From Paramecium tetraurelia (taxonomy: Eukaryota), in contig CT868658.1 of NCBI GenBank assembly GCA_000165425.1, positions 248,001 to 312,000 on the forward strand: DNA of 64,000 bases, read 5' to 3'. Below the pieces are notes generated by a model that was not told the origin of the DNA, ran no database searches, and saw only the letters and a program-made list of their open reading frames with translations. Of this stretch, positions 16,301 to 28,327 are shown one piece after another; within the stretch, counting starts at the first letter, position 1, and each line of letters begins with the position of its first letter. A program made the position numbers and the translations under genes.

Positions 16301-18679
16301 CATTCAGATGGATCCTACTATTAATTATCTAAAGATAAGTTAAATGAGAAGCTAAAGGAGAAAAACATATCAATTTCGAATGCTTATTTGATCATCTCAA
16401 TTTCAGGATTGCAAAGTTATTACAATCCCATTGAGCAATCCATTAAATTGGAATTCACAATTTCGTATATGAATATGGATTACATTCAAATTATGCATAG
16501 TCAACCTAATGCAATTCATGCCAAATATCAACATCCTACAATAGTCTAATTTTATAATTATCTTAATCAAGACATCTTCATTAAATTACATAGATTTTTG
16601 GGATATGGATCAATGTCTGTTTTCATTTGTAATCAGTAGAGTAACATAGCTGAATGTGTAAAAGACAGTAATGATGCGGAATTCAAGTATCTTGACACAG
16701 TTTTGGCAGCTGGAAATGAGAATTCCTAAATCTTGATTCAAGCTAACGATAAAACTAAATTCTGCATTTATTGCACATATATCATTAAAATAGAATCGTA
16801 GGAATAGGAATTACATGGTTAATTAACTGTGGTCTTGGAAAATGACTTTGTTAAATTGCCAGCTGGAGTTTAATACAGTGATTATGTTGAAAAATAAAGT
16901 TCATCCTAATTTTCCATTTTCTTTACTTAAGATAGCAAAATTGAAATATTTATATAAATATTTACAGGTGATCCCATTGTCTAATATTCATTTAATTAAA
17001 ATAATTTGAATTCCAGTTAAATTATCAAGGCATAACCAAATAATAAATATATCCATATTACTGTTCCAAGTTAAATGTTATTGAATTACCAAGAAGATAC
17101 GGATTAAAGTTCATTAAATAAAAAGAAGAACAACAAATAGGATGATTAAATAGGTCTATTGCCATCCCACTTCGTTCATGATGAGTTATTCGTTAAGGTT
17201 TCTACAAAATCCAATACTCCCTGCAATTACACTATTTACTATACAAGTGATTTCGTTAATGGAAAATTGCAAGATGGCAGAATACACTTAGCCGTTATTG
17301 AACATAATATCACATTTTTGTATGAAAATTACGACGAATAGATATCGGTACTCAATCTAGCTCCTTTGAATTAAACATCATTATAGGATATTGAAATGAA
17401 AGTCTTTTATATCAAAAAGTAGTCATTTGATGATTATCACTTTGAGTTTTTAGAAGAAATTCCCATCAAAACTAGATTGATACATCCCCTCTCAAGCAGT
17501 TATGAATTGCCTAAAGATAAAGGAATCTATGAGATTATTTTAAAAAATAAGAAGTATATTGAAAATGGAGAAGCAACAAATCCTACCTAATTTATTGAAA
17601 TAAGTGCATCCACCAATGATATTAGAATATTACCAATCTAAAGACATCACAGTGGTTATATCAGACCAGATGACTTTGATTATTACGAGACTTATGCTCC
17701 ATCGGAAGGGTACTTAGCAGTTGAAATATACTCCTGCTCATCAGATATCAATTTTAGCTTCTCCAAATCAGACATTTAATCTTTCATTGATGAAGATTAT
17801 GATGAATCAATTGATATTCCAGAAAAAGATTATCATGTTGAAATGATATCAGTTGAAAAAGGAACTTTGTGGATTGCCATCACTGGAACCTCCACAACAT
17901 CCTCTTATTACCATATTACAAATCATTTCTATTAGAACAGAAAAGATATACCTTTTGGTAGGATATTGGCTGGCAATGATGGGCATATTAAGTGGAAATT
18001 GGATAAATAAAAAGCGGATTCAATATAAATAGAATTTGAACATGCGACTTGTAATAAATGCAATTTGGAGGGAGTATAAATTAATTATCACATATTTATT
18101 GCTCAAGATGAAAAGAAACTCTAAATGTTAGGTTATTGTGGCAATGAATAATTTGAAAGTCATAAGGCAAATGATGAAAAAATCTTCAAAAAAAGTATAC
18201 AATCCTATCGTTTAGCAGATCATAACGGAAGTATCGTTTATGAAATTGAATTTCCTAATTTAGTTACATATGAGTAAGCATCAATCGGAGTGTTTGCAAC
18301 AGTTGACAATTTCATGAAGTACTTTACTTATTTTTATACCTTAGTTCTACTTCCTAAATTAAAGTATTTTATCGAACCATCTAAGTACCTATTCCAAATT
18401 ATTTTGCCAAATTTTTAAACCATAATAGAACATTTTTAACCTTCTTAATTATTGGCTTGATTTTTTTAATAGCATTACTGACTCTTTGGTTATGCTATTA
18501 TATAAAACGGTAAATAAGATTATTTATATATTCTTAGATACAGAAACACAAAATATAAATTAGATTATCAATTGGAGCAGGGAGCCAAAATTATTGCCTC
18601 CAGCAAATTACCTCAGAGCGATGATGCAGAATTCTAAAATGATTTTAAAATGAAATACGAGACATTTGAAGAAGACTGA
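13368..18679 (+). CDS. Large (~1700 aa) type I membrane/surface protein with repeated beta-rich modules
   Basis: Signal peptide MIIFSFLISIAIA, long ectodomain, TM FLTFLIIGLIFLIALLTLWLCYYI and a short cytosolic tail. Introns present, with an apparent +1 frame break near 14080. Confidence 0.75.
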
Positions 18680-18702
18680 AAATTAATTATTATAATCAAA
18701 AT

Positions 18703-19837
18703 ATGATACTATAATTCAAATGTGAAAGATTGCATTATCTTCTTAACACTCATTATGTTGTCAATGTGTATAAAGATAAACTAACAATTGGCAAGAATGT
18801 ATGAGTTAATTCCTATACATTTATAAGGACCCTCCAAAGTATGAGTACTAATTTACATTATAAAATGTTTTACATTGGTATGTAGATGGACTCAAAATCC
18901 AGGCCTTCGGTATCTAGCACCATAATGCTATCAAGTTTTTTAGAGCCAATCACAAAGATCTAGAATAGTTAAGAATTTTCTGTCGAAACCTCATCTGCTT
19001 CGATAATCTTGGAGAATTGTATAAGCGAATCGACGTGGATGATTCCTCCAAAGTATTGGATTAATTTTCTCATCAAACTTATACATTGAAATGCTTAAAC
19101 TCTGTCTAGTTACAAGGAGAAGTGTCACTGCTCAGGTCCTTGAATCATCCAAACATTCTTTCAATTAGAGAGTGCTTCCAGCATAACAATCAACATTACG
19201 CTGTCACAGAATTCCTTGGTGGAATAAGCTTGGAGAATTATATTGCCAAAAATCCGACACTTAGTCACCTACAATGCCAATCAATAATTACAGTAAGTCT
19301 TAAAGTCTGACCCAAGCAACTCCTGAAGGCACTCAAATACTTACATGACCACCACATAATTCATGCGACCATTTAAGCTAAATTTCTTTTATATAAATCA
19401 GATTTGATCAAAATTATAGATTTTTCCAATTCAATCCAATCCTAACAAATCGATACTCAAGATATCAAAAACTGTGGATCAATTTTATTTTAACTGTATC
19501 ATATATTATGTAATAGTAAAATTGTAGATATACATCAAAACTTTATCACAACGACGATTTTAATACAGTTGCTACTATGCTTTAGGCTAACTCAACCCCA
19601 AATTAAGCTTAGGATCTGATCTTGAGAATGCTATTTGATTAGCAGTTCACAGTTTACTAATCTTTGGAACACCCCTACTTTTCAAAGAATTTAAATTCTT
19701 AAGAAAAAAAGTAAAGATTCCAAAACTTCCAGAGAGTCCAAAGATCAACATCCGAAATGGATGAATCAGAGGCTGTTTCACAATACATCCCTGAATTACA
19801 AACTAATAAAAGCAAATCACTAAGACAACTATTATGA
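18703..19837 (+). CDS. CAMK-like pseudokinase with PH-like N-terminus
   Basis: EVSLLRSLNHPNILSIRE...EFLGG. The catalytic loop is IIHATIQ (no HRD) and DFS replaces DFG. Confidence 0.75.
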
Positions 19838-20269
19838 TTATTATTTATAAATTTATATCATATAATTATTTCATTATTTCCTCTATTTTATAGAGTAAAA
19901 ATTTGATTATCAATTCAAATTCTATAAAATAAAAAATAGAAAGATATGCAAATATAATTGGATTGAATTTAATATGGAACTAATAAGATAAATATGAAAC
20001 GATTATCTAGAGAGAATTTAAAGTTGATTAGATAGGTAGTTAGGAATCCCAATTTTTTTCTCCTTTGAGAATGGTGGAGATTGAATTTAAAATGTAGTTC
20101 TACAAATAGTAAAGGATATTGCCCAATATTTCTAATTTCTAATCCCTTATTCTAATCTGTAGAAGCAAGGAAATTACATCATATTGAGAATCACATCTTT
20201 CTGTGGATTCTGAATATGAAATGTTAAAATAAAAAGGATTGATTTTTAATTTGTTTATAAATAATTATA

Positions 20270-22219
20270 ATGGCCTTTGTTTATCAGGCTGAAAGAGATC
20301 TTAATCAATCGGCAACTTAGGTTCCAGCTAATGTACTTATGAATCATGAGAGAATAGGTTGGTCCAGGGACATATACCTTGTTGAAAAGTCAACCTCTCA
20401 GATAATCAGTTGCACCATTCAATAGTCAGACACTTCGTAGCAAACCTATTAAGTAGAACTCTCTGCCAGGACCAGGGAGTTATAATGTCAATTTTGTGAA
20501 TGCAGGGTATGTATTCTATAGTACCTTATAGATAGAAGGTTGTGCTTCAATCAACCCAATCGGAAGTGCAAATATTGGAGATGCCAAAGCAGCATTCGGT
20601 GTTTGCTTCAAAATGTCGCAGGTTTTAAGAGGGCTCCAAGAATGAGAATCCAGGGTAAAACATACATATAAATTGTAATTCAGTCCTGGGTCATACGAGC
20701 CAGAAGTTATTCAACAATAACGGTACTAGATGGCCACTCAAGAGAATCTAGTAGAATAGTTAATGAAGTTAAATAAATACAAATCAATTCCCTCTATTCC
20801 AAGCAATTCCCAAATTCATGGTTACACTGATAATGGAAGTATTGATCTCAATTTAAACAAAAAGGTCTGGAGCTCAACAAAAGTCCATAAGATATCCTCA
20901 CAGGATTAAAGAATGATTCAGTTGGTCCAGGACAGTATGACTTGAAGGACTTGTTTGACTAAAACAAAAATAAAGGGTTTAATTGGCATAAATCAAAACA
21001 ACCTAAATTAGCTCCTGTGGTATCAAAGGAAAAATAATTACTGGTGGGTCCAGGCAATTACGATATCCAAGAAGATAATCAACCTCTTTACAAATTGATG
21101 CCTTCAGGGTCATTCCAATCAAAAACCCAAAGATTGTTCGATATGGAAAGAGGATAGAAAGCTCGTAGTTTTATGCGATATCAATTCGAAAAAAAGAGAA
21201 ATCAACTCTTGTCCAGTCCCCAATTTGCTGATCTTCAAGATGAGGAAATCGAATACATAGAGGTTGTTCAATATTAAATTCATCTAGGATGCCACTCCAG
21301 GTCCTGGATATTATCATAAAGATTCCACAACTGCTTCAACCTATTCTAAATCAGCCACCAAAATAGAAACATAATGTTTCGGCTCAAAATAAAAAAGATT
21401 TGGAGACGAACAAGTGTCTACCTCCATTGGACCAGGAGATTATAAAGTCGATGCCCAACTTGCCAATAAGAGTCTATCTTACAAATAGCCACCATTTATG
21501 TCTTCCAATAGTCGCTTTGAAGCTAAATTGCAAGAAAAAAGACCAGGACCTTAAACATATAATCCAAAATAAACAGTAAATTACCAAATTATATTGTTTT
21601 TAGTTAGAATATAATTTGGTTAAGAAATTAGAAAGGGCTCCGGTAGGGAAATTTGGATACAACTAACCTAGATTTGATGATAACTAATTTTAAGTGCCAT
21701 AACCAGGACCTGGATCATATGATTTTAGTAGAAAGAGCCCAGAAAAGGGAGCATAATCAGTCTTTAAATCTTCAACTAAGAGAGCAGGACCTGGATCATA
21801 GAGTAAATCTGAGATTCCTGCTCCTGGGCAATATGATCCAAAAAATTATACAATTTAATATAAGACTAAGATTGAGGAAGAGGAGGATCCTGCTCTAAAG
21901 ATCTAAAAACCTCCCTTCATGTCATCCATGCCAAGATTTTAAAATAAGGAAGAAAAGAAAATTGAGGAACTTGAGGAAGAAGAAGAAAGCATAAGAAAAA
22001 GTCCTTAGAAAGAATCATACAAATTGCCCTTTTAAGTCAAAAAGCATGCACCTCCTTTCAACATACAAGTTTTATATTGGTTTATGAAATTTACTATAGG
22101 AAAAGCGATTTTAGTATGAGAATTCTAAAAACTAATCTCCAGGTCCAGGTGAATATCATGATCCATAAAGGAATCCTTGGGATAAGAAAACTTACAACAT
22201 CCAATTCTCTGAAATTTGA
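20270..22219 (+). CDS. SHIPPO-repeat (STPG-like) ciliary protein
   Basis: MAFVYQAER..., with repeated VGPGTY, PGPGSY, VGPGQY, TPGPGYY, PAPGQY, SPGPGEY. Several introns. Confidence 0.85.
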
Positions 22220-22241
22220 GTAATAATAAATCATACAACTT

Positions 22242-23340
22242 TCATTTTCTATAAAATCGAACATCTGATCTAGTATGTTAGTGCATCCGTAAAGGTAAAT
22301 GTAAAGCATCACCTATTTTAAATTACTTGGATATAGAGAGACTCTATTATTTGCTTCTCGATGAGGTTATTCTAAACTTAGAATAATGCTTACTTCGATT
22401 TCAATTGGAATGCCGTATTATTGTGATTCAAAGGGGAGTTAATAGTGTAGATTTGAGCAGGAGTGAGCATTTTCTTTAAAGGATCTTTTAGGATTCTCTA
22501 TGTATAAGCACCAACTTAAGATTAAGCTTCTTATCCTGTCTTTGGTGACAAGTGAAAAGTCTATTAATTTTTGGTTGTTCTCGAAATAATTTGTTTGATT
22601 GTCTGCTAACTTACTCCAATCGGAAGTTTATTATATGTTTTAGGGGAGTTGAGCTACGTGTGTTAAGCGACAGTCTTCAATTTTTATTTATCTATCATAA
22701 ACTAAATGAAGTTCTGTAACTATTCGTGTTCTCGGTTGGATGGCTAAAGATTTAGCTCGCCTACATTTATTTATAATGCATTCAATTTATTATTGATCGT
22801 TTCGATAGTTGTTGAAGCATCCTAGATTCCAGAAAGGATCTTGCTATAAACTTATTAGGGCTTGGGAGATGTGGGATTATCTTCTTTCGGGGAGTCTCCA
22901 ACAATAGCCTTTTTGGGTTTATTGGGATTATTTCTATTTTCCTCTTCGATGATTCTTTTGATCCTGTAATATTCAATCCTTCTCCTTTTATCGTGATAGC
23001 TGGCCTATGTCTCTAAATAAAATACTTGCTCATTATCCTGCATATATAGGGCATGAAGAATCTCGGAATCTCATTATGATATTTGTAGTATTCTGCAAAG
23101 AGGCGAAGCTTTTCGAACACCTCGCCTAATGAGGATTATTGGTGATGCTTACTTACTTAAGCAATAGAATCGCTTTAGATATTCAGAATCATCCCTAAAG
23201 GCCATAACTTAATAGAACTCAATCACATCTGAAGTTCGGGCAGAACTCACAAAATCATTCAGAGTTTTCGCATAATAGTAGGACTGACTGTGTGCATACT
23301 TCTGCTCCAGAAATCTCTGCACATTATATTTATTGGCCAT
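22242..23340 (-). CDS. Hypothetical protein (3' end uncertain)
   Basis: SEYLKRFY...AEYYKYHNEIPRFFM...YHDKRRRIEYYRIKRIIEEEN after removing tiny introns. Confidence 0.7.
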
Positions 23341-23905
23341 TTTTATTAATATTTTAATCGATTATTATTTGTTATAGGATAATAAATGGTTTATTAATAA
23401 ACCAATTATAGAACTATCTGTAAAGAATATCTTCATCAAGAATCTGTAGTTGGAGGTGATTATGCCTAAATAGTATACCTTGACATCATCAGTTACGTAA
23501 AGAAATATCAATAATTTGTATCACATTAAAATTATGCCTTAAGCTGTTTACTTAGATGTAACTGCTTGATTATTCTTTGCTTTGCTTGATTTACCTAGAT
23601 CAGTAAAACTATAATATGAGTAATTCAAAAAAAGGTTGAATAATAAATACTCTATTAATTTAAAAAAAATCTGATTATTAATGATATATTTATTAGTTAT
23701 CAATCGAGTTATTTAAAATAATTGTAAAATTATTCATTAGAGTATTCTTTATATTTCGCTAAAAGAATTATTAGATTCGACTTATACACATAACAAAATA
23801 TTATGGAAAATATTATTTAAAAGGAACCAAACAAATTATGTTGAATTATACTTCTAAATGGAAGTTTTGAATAAATTTGATCATATAAAATAATTAATAA
23901 ATAAT

Positions 23906-24562
23906 ATGATTTCTAGTAACTAGACGAAATAATTACTTGATGTAATCGAGAAGAACGAAGATCCTTCAGCATTTGCAGATGCTTTAGGACTTTTAGAAAA
24001 ACTAATTACCAAGTATTTATAGCAAATATGAATTAGTATTATAAACAATCCCAATGAAGATAAATTTAAACACATAAAGATGACTGTTAAAACATTAGCC
24101 ACACGACTTTTTAATATAAGATAAATGGCAGAGTTATTATAATCATTGGGTTTCATTTAAGTATTCAGTCAACTCTATTTAATATTAGTAAGATTAAGAA
24201 TTCTATCTACCCGATCAAGAATATGGAACCTTGTTAGAGAATTTCAATACCATAAAGTGGTAGCATATTTTAGCATAAGGAAGAGTGGAGGGACCCTAAT
24301 AGTATCAAAAGGCTTAGGAAATGTATGATCTTGTTTTCTAGCATTTTCTAGAGTGAGACAACAGCAAGAAGTTTAAAGATAATATGAGAAGGAGCAAAGA
24401 GAGAAGGAGAAAATCCAATAATAAATAAAATACGATAGACAGGAAAGGAGTTTGGTGAAGGAGAAGGATTCTAAGGCTAATGACTTATAATTTGGTGCCA
24501 AAGTGAAAACTTGTGAGTAACTAGGTATAAATAAGAACACTGGAAAACGTGGGTGAGGTTGA
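23906..24562 (+). CDS. PUB-domain protein with putative C-terminal selenocysteine (...KRG-U-G*)
   Basis: Exons 23906-24012, 24037-24160, 24189-24322, 24352-24562. PUB motif LLEKLITNIINNPNEDKFKHIK...LGF, followed by a coiled coil. In-frame TGA at 24554-24556, then GGT TGA, with a downstream SECIS. Confidence 0.85.
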
Positions 24563-24594
24563 GCGAGGCGAAGGTTTAAATACTTTCGCCTCGC
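24563..24594 (+). promoter_or_regulatory. GC-rich stem-loop 6 nt after the putative Sec UGA (SRE/SL1-like)
   Basis: GCGAGGCGAAGGT-TTAAAT-ACTTTCGCCTCGC forms a 13-bp stem with one G-U pair, in otherwise AT-rich DNA. Confidence 0.7.
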
Positions 24595-24634
24595 AATATA
24601 ATGATAAGGAAAATAATCAATCAGCCAAGAGATG

Positions 24635-24714
24635 TAAGAAATTACTTCTTAAATGATCAAAGAGCATTTAAATTAATCGATGCTTTTTGAGAGATGGATT
24701 GTGAGTTTTCTTTA
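24635..24714 (+). promoter_or_regulatory. Eukaryotic SECIS element
   Basis: Helix I AAGAAATTAC/GTGAGTTTTCTT. Core ATGA-T (24653-24657) opposite A-GA-G (24690-24693). Helix II CAAAGAGCAT/ATGCTTTTTG. Apical AAA at 24670-24672, 12 nt from the core. Confidence 0.8.
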
Positions 24715-24747
24715 TATATATATATGCATGGTGAAGTCAATCAGGAA

Positions 24748-25728
24748 TCATAACAACATCCCATTCAATTTATACCACATTTGTCTTAGATCATCCTTTG
24801 CTTTCGTCTTAATTTCTGCTGATATTTCTGTCCATTTAATCGTCACTCCGATATTAGAAGGTATATTAACTATTGACTTGAGTAATTCAAATATTTCCTT
24901 ATCATCTGCCTACATTTTTCTATAATTAAGTCTAAATTTAACATTCTGGAAGTCTTCTCCGAATCTTTATTGAAGAATTTAATCATAATTGGGAAGTAAG
25001 ATAGGATAACCACTTAAAGCATGGATGTTGTTCATGAGAGTGAGGAACTCTTCAATTGTCCAAAACGATTTATTTCTAAACAAGTGGTTATGTTCTCCAA
25101 TTTGGATATACTTATTTCTAATATTATCAGGTGTTCGATTAAGATGTTTACTAATTTCTCTCCATTTCCTACCATATTATTATATGCATTTTAGTAATTC
25201 AGCTTCTTCTTCCTTATTCCAATATCCATGTCTATTCTTGCTGTCCAAACTACGTCGAATCAATTTGTACACCGAATCGACTGTCCTTGTAGGTATAAAT
25301 TTTGTAATTTCGAGCCAAATTTTGGAATGGCCCAAAGTCTTCAATTCAATGTAATCCTTCAATTATTGATCAGTAAGATTATTTTGAACTTGGTAATCAC
25401 GTACGATCTGCATGATGGATTCCCTTTCTTCTTGAGAAAATTTCCCATTTTTCATTTCTGAGGGATTGATTAAATTATCCAATTCTTTGTGCCAAGATCT
25501 TTTAGCTACAGATATTCGCTACTGAGGTATAGTCTATGGCTATTGTTATTGAGTGGGCTTTCTAGTGAAGACAATGCGAATATTGGTTTTTCTTTGGGAT
25601 TCCTTTTAGATTACAGGTTAGTGTTATTGTTCTGTTTTTTAATCCTGAAATATGTCATCGTACTCTGATTCCTGAGATTTAAGTTGAGAGTTGAATTTGT
25701 CACTTTATTTCGTAATCTTTTTCATCAT
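24748..25728 (-). CDS. Myb-repeat DNA-binding protein (Reb1/TTF-I/DMTF1-like)
   Basis: GKFSQEE..., GYWNKEEEAELLKCIQQYGRKWREISKHLNRTPDNIRNKY, FWTIEE, IKWTEIS. Confidence 0.85.
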
Positions 25729-25813
25729 CTTTATTTTAATTAAGTTGTATGGTATTATTTATAAATTTTTAACACTCATCAAATTTCATTTAATTTTAAA
25801 TTACGCACTAAAT

Positions 25814-27838
25814 ATGCATCCTACAACATAATTGCTTTAAGAAGCCAGAGACAGAGTAACCTTCCCAGTCCAAGATCTAACCAAACTTATTTATGGGAAT
25901 GAGGAAATATATGAAACCTTCATGAAAGCCTAGAAGGTCATAGCGAGTGAACCGAGCATTAGGAATCATCCTGATTATCACAATTGGGGACGCAAGGAAC
26001 AGATTATCAAATCCTATGAGAAATTGAGAGTCATGCATCAGCACTTAAATCTTGCGAATGCAGCTCATTGGGCACCAATGTTAAGTTTATTCTAAGGTAC
26101 AACACCTTCAGCTGTATCATTTGGAATGACTGTTCCTGCTTTGAGATTCCTTGGTACAGACGAGCAATTCAATCTGTGGGGTCCCAAGTTTCTTACTATG
26201 GAGATTGTAGCTGCTTATGCCCAGACAGAAATTGGACATGGAAGTGATGTCCAAAATCTAGAAACCACAGCCACCTATGACTCATAGACCAATGATTTTG
26301 TATTGCATACACCATCAGTCTCAGCTGTCAAATGTAACCATAAATTAATATGATATAGTTTGGCCAGGAGAACTTGGATTTTTGTCAAATTATGCCCTTG
26401 TCTATGCAAAGTTAATTTTCAATGGTAAGAATAAAGGAGTTCATCCTTTTATGGTTTAAATAAGAGATAACGCCACACATAAACCATTGTAAGGTGTCGT
26501 TGTTGGAGACATAGGACCAAAATTAGGATACTCTACAAAAGATAATGGTTTCTTGGCATTTGAAAATTACAGAATCCCATTAAATAGTTTATTGGCTAGA
26601 TATGTTAGAATTGAGAATGGACAATTTTCAAAACATGGAAATGAAAAGGTATAGAATAATAATATATACTAGATATCTTATGCATCAATGATGGTATCTA
26701 GATAATTAATAATTTTCGTTTATCCAAGAATGGCTGCTTAAAGTTTGACAGTGGCAATTAGATATTCAATAACGAGATAACAATTCACAAATGATAAAAG
26801 AGAAGAGAACTCTGTCCTTGAATATTAGACATAATAAGATAAATTATTACCAAGATTGGCCACATGTTACGGAATGATCTTTGCAGGATTAAGAATCATG
26901 GAATTGGTTGATGACAACTTCCATAGAGTGTAAAAGAAAGATTTCAGTACATTATAATAATCACATGCTATTTTGAGGTAAAATTTGAAATTCACATGTT
27001 ATATCTAGTGCTCTAAAAGCTTGGTCTTCACAATGGGTTGTTGATACAGCTGAATGGTGTAGATTATCATGTGGTGGCCATGGTTATGCACACTATTCAG
27101 GAATTCCAGCCATCTATTTTGACACTGCTCCAAATGTTACATTGGAAGGAGAGAATCAAGTCATGTATCTTTAGGTGGCTAGATACTTGCTTTAAGGTCC
27201 TTCAATATGTAGACAAAAATCCAGAGAAGGTTCCATTCTATTTCAACTTTGTGTTACACATCAAAGAGACTTTGGCCAATCAAAGTACAGATTTCGGATA
27301 ATTGCTTAAATTGACACTTACGCTTTAATTAATAAGCGTTGCTAAAAAGATTAAGGATACTATTGGCACAGGCAAGAATTTCCAATAAATTTGGAATGAA
27401 GTAGTTGGAGTTCAATTATTATCTGTGGCTTAAAGATATGCTGAATATTTCACTTATTTAGTATTTTAGGAATACATTTCCAGTGCTAATCCATCAGTCA
27501 AGGAGGTATTGTAACAAATGTGTGATTTATATTCACTATAAGTAATTTTGGATAATCCAAACACACTAATTGAATCAGGTAGGATAACAGTTGATTAATT
27601 CAAGTAATTCAATGAAATCAAAATTGATTTATTCAATAAACTGAAACCATAAGCCTTGGGTTTAGTTGAGGCTTTCAATTTCACTGATAATGCTTTGAGA
27701 ACTTGCATTGGTTGCCATGATGGAAAACCATATGAATACATTTATGAATGGGCCACAAAAGAGAATTCAGTTAATATCAAAGGAGTACCTTAAGCTGTGA
27801 ATGACTTGATGGGCACAAAAATCAAAGCTAGATTATGA
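25814..27838 (+). CDS. Peroxisomal acyl-CoA oxidase (apparent +1 frame break at ~27190)
   Basis: YAQTEIGHGSDVQNLETTATYD, KFWPGELG, GDIGPKLG, CRLSCGGHGY, TLEGENQVMYLQVARYLLK. C-terminal PTS1-like ARL*. Confidence 0.92.
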
Positions 27839-27856
27839 TATTAATTATTTTAATAA

Positions 27857-28238
27857 ATGAGAAAAAACATTCAGATTATTGCAAGATAATTCACATCTAC
27901 AAAACCTGAACTTTTCAAGGCCCAAAAGTTAGATGTCAAAACATTTGAGTATGAACCTTTCAAATTTGGAATTGAAAGACAATCTATGATTCACGGATAC
28001 ACTATGGAGGAAATGTATGGCAGGTAAAAGAAGTTATTTAATACCTAGATTTTATGGAATCAAGCATTCTCCTTTGATCTAAAAGGAGTTGAAGAAAGAC
28101 AATCTAATTGCTCTTGCTATTCTCTTGGGAGGCAGTGTGATTACATTCTATTATAATGAATGGGGAGCTTAAGATTAAGCTAATTGGCTTTAATACTATT
28201 ATTCTGATTTAACAACCAAGAGAAACAATCTCAAATGA
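27857..28238 (+). CDS. Small single-TM protein with mitochondrial-presequence-like N-terminus
   Basis: MRKNIQIIARQFTSTK..., TM LIALAILLGGSVITFYY. One 25-nt intron. Confidence 0.65.
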
Positions 28239-28327
28239 TTGACATCAATTTAAATATATCATAAAGACATAAAATATTCATATAGATATAAAAATGCTGA
28301 TAAATAAATAATATATTTTAAAATCAA

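Noticed and set aside
9413..22219. Recurring CCAGGACC/GGTCCAGG motifs as a repeat array or CRISPR
   Set aside because: They encode the PGPG repeats of SHIPPO proteins and are irregularly spaced.
23387..23590. Short plus-strand ORF (MVYQQTNYRTICKEY...)
   Set aside because: About 67 codons with no motif; cannot be distinguished from a chance ORF or gene remnant.
24563..24594. Hairpin as a bacterial rho-independent terminator or contaminant
   Set aside because: No U-tract follows, and the context is an intron-containing ciliate gene with a SECIS downstream.
23920..25461. ORF-track entries antisense to the PUB and Myb genes
   Set aside because: They are opposite-strand shadows of genes with clear domains.
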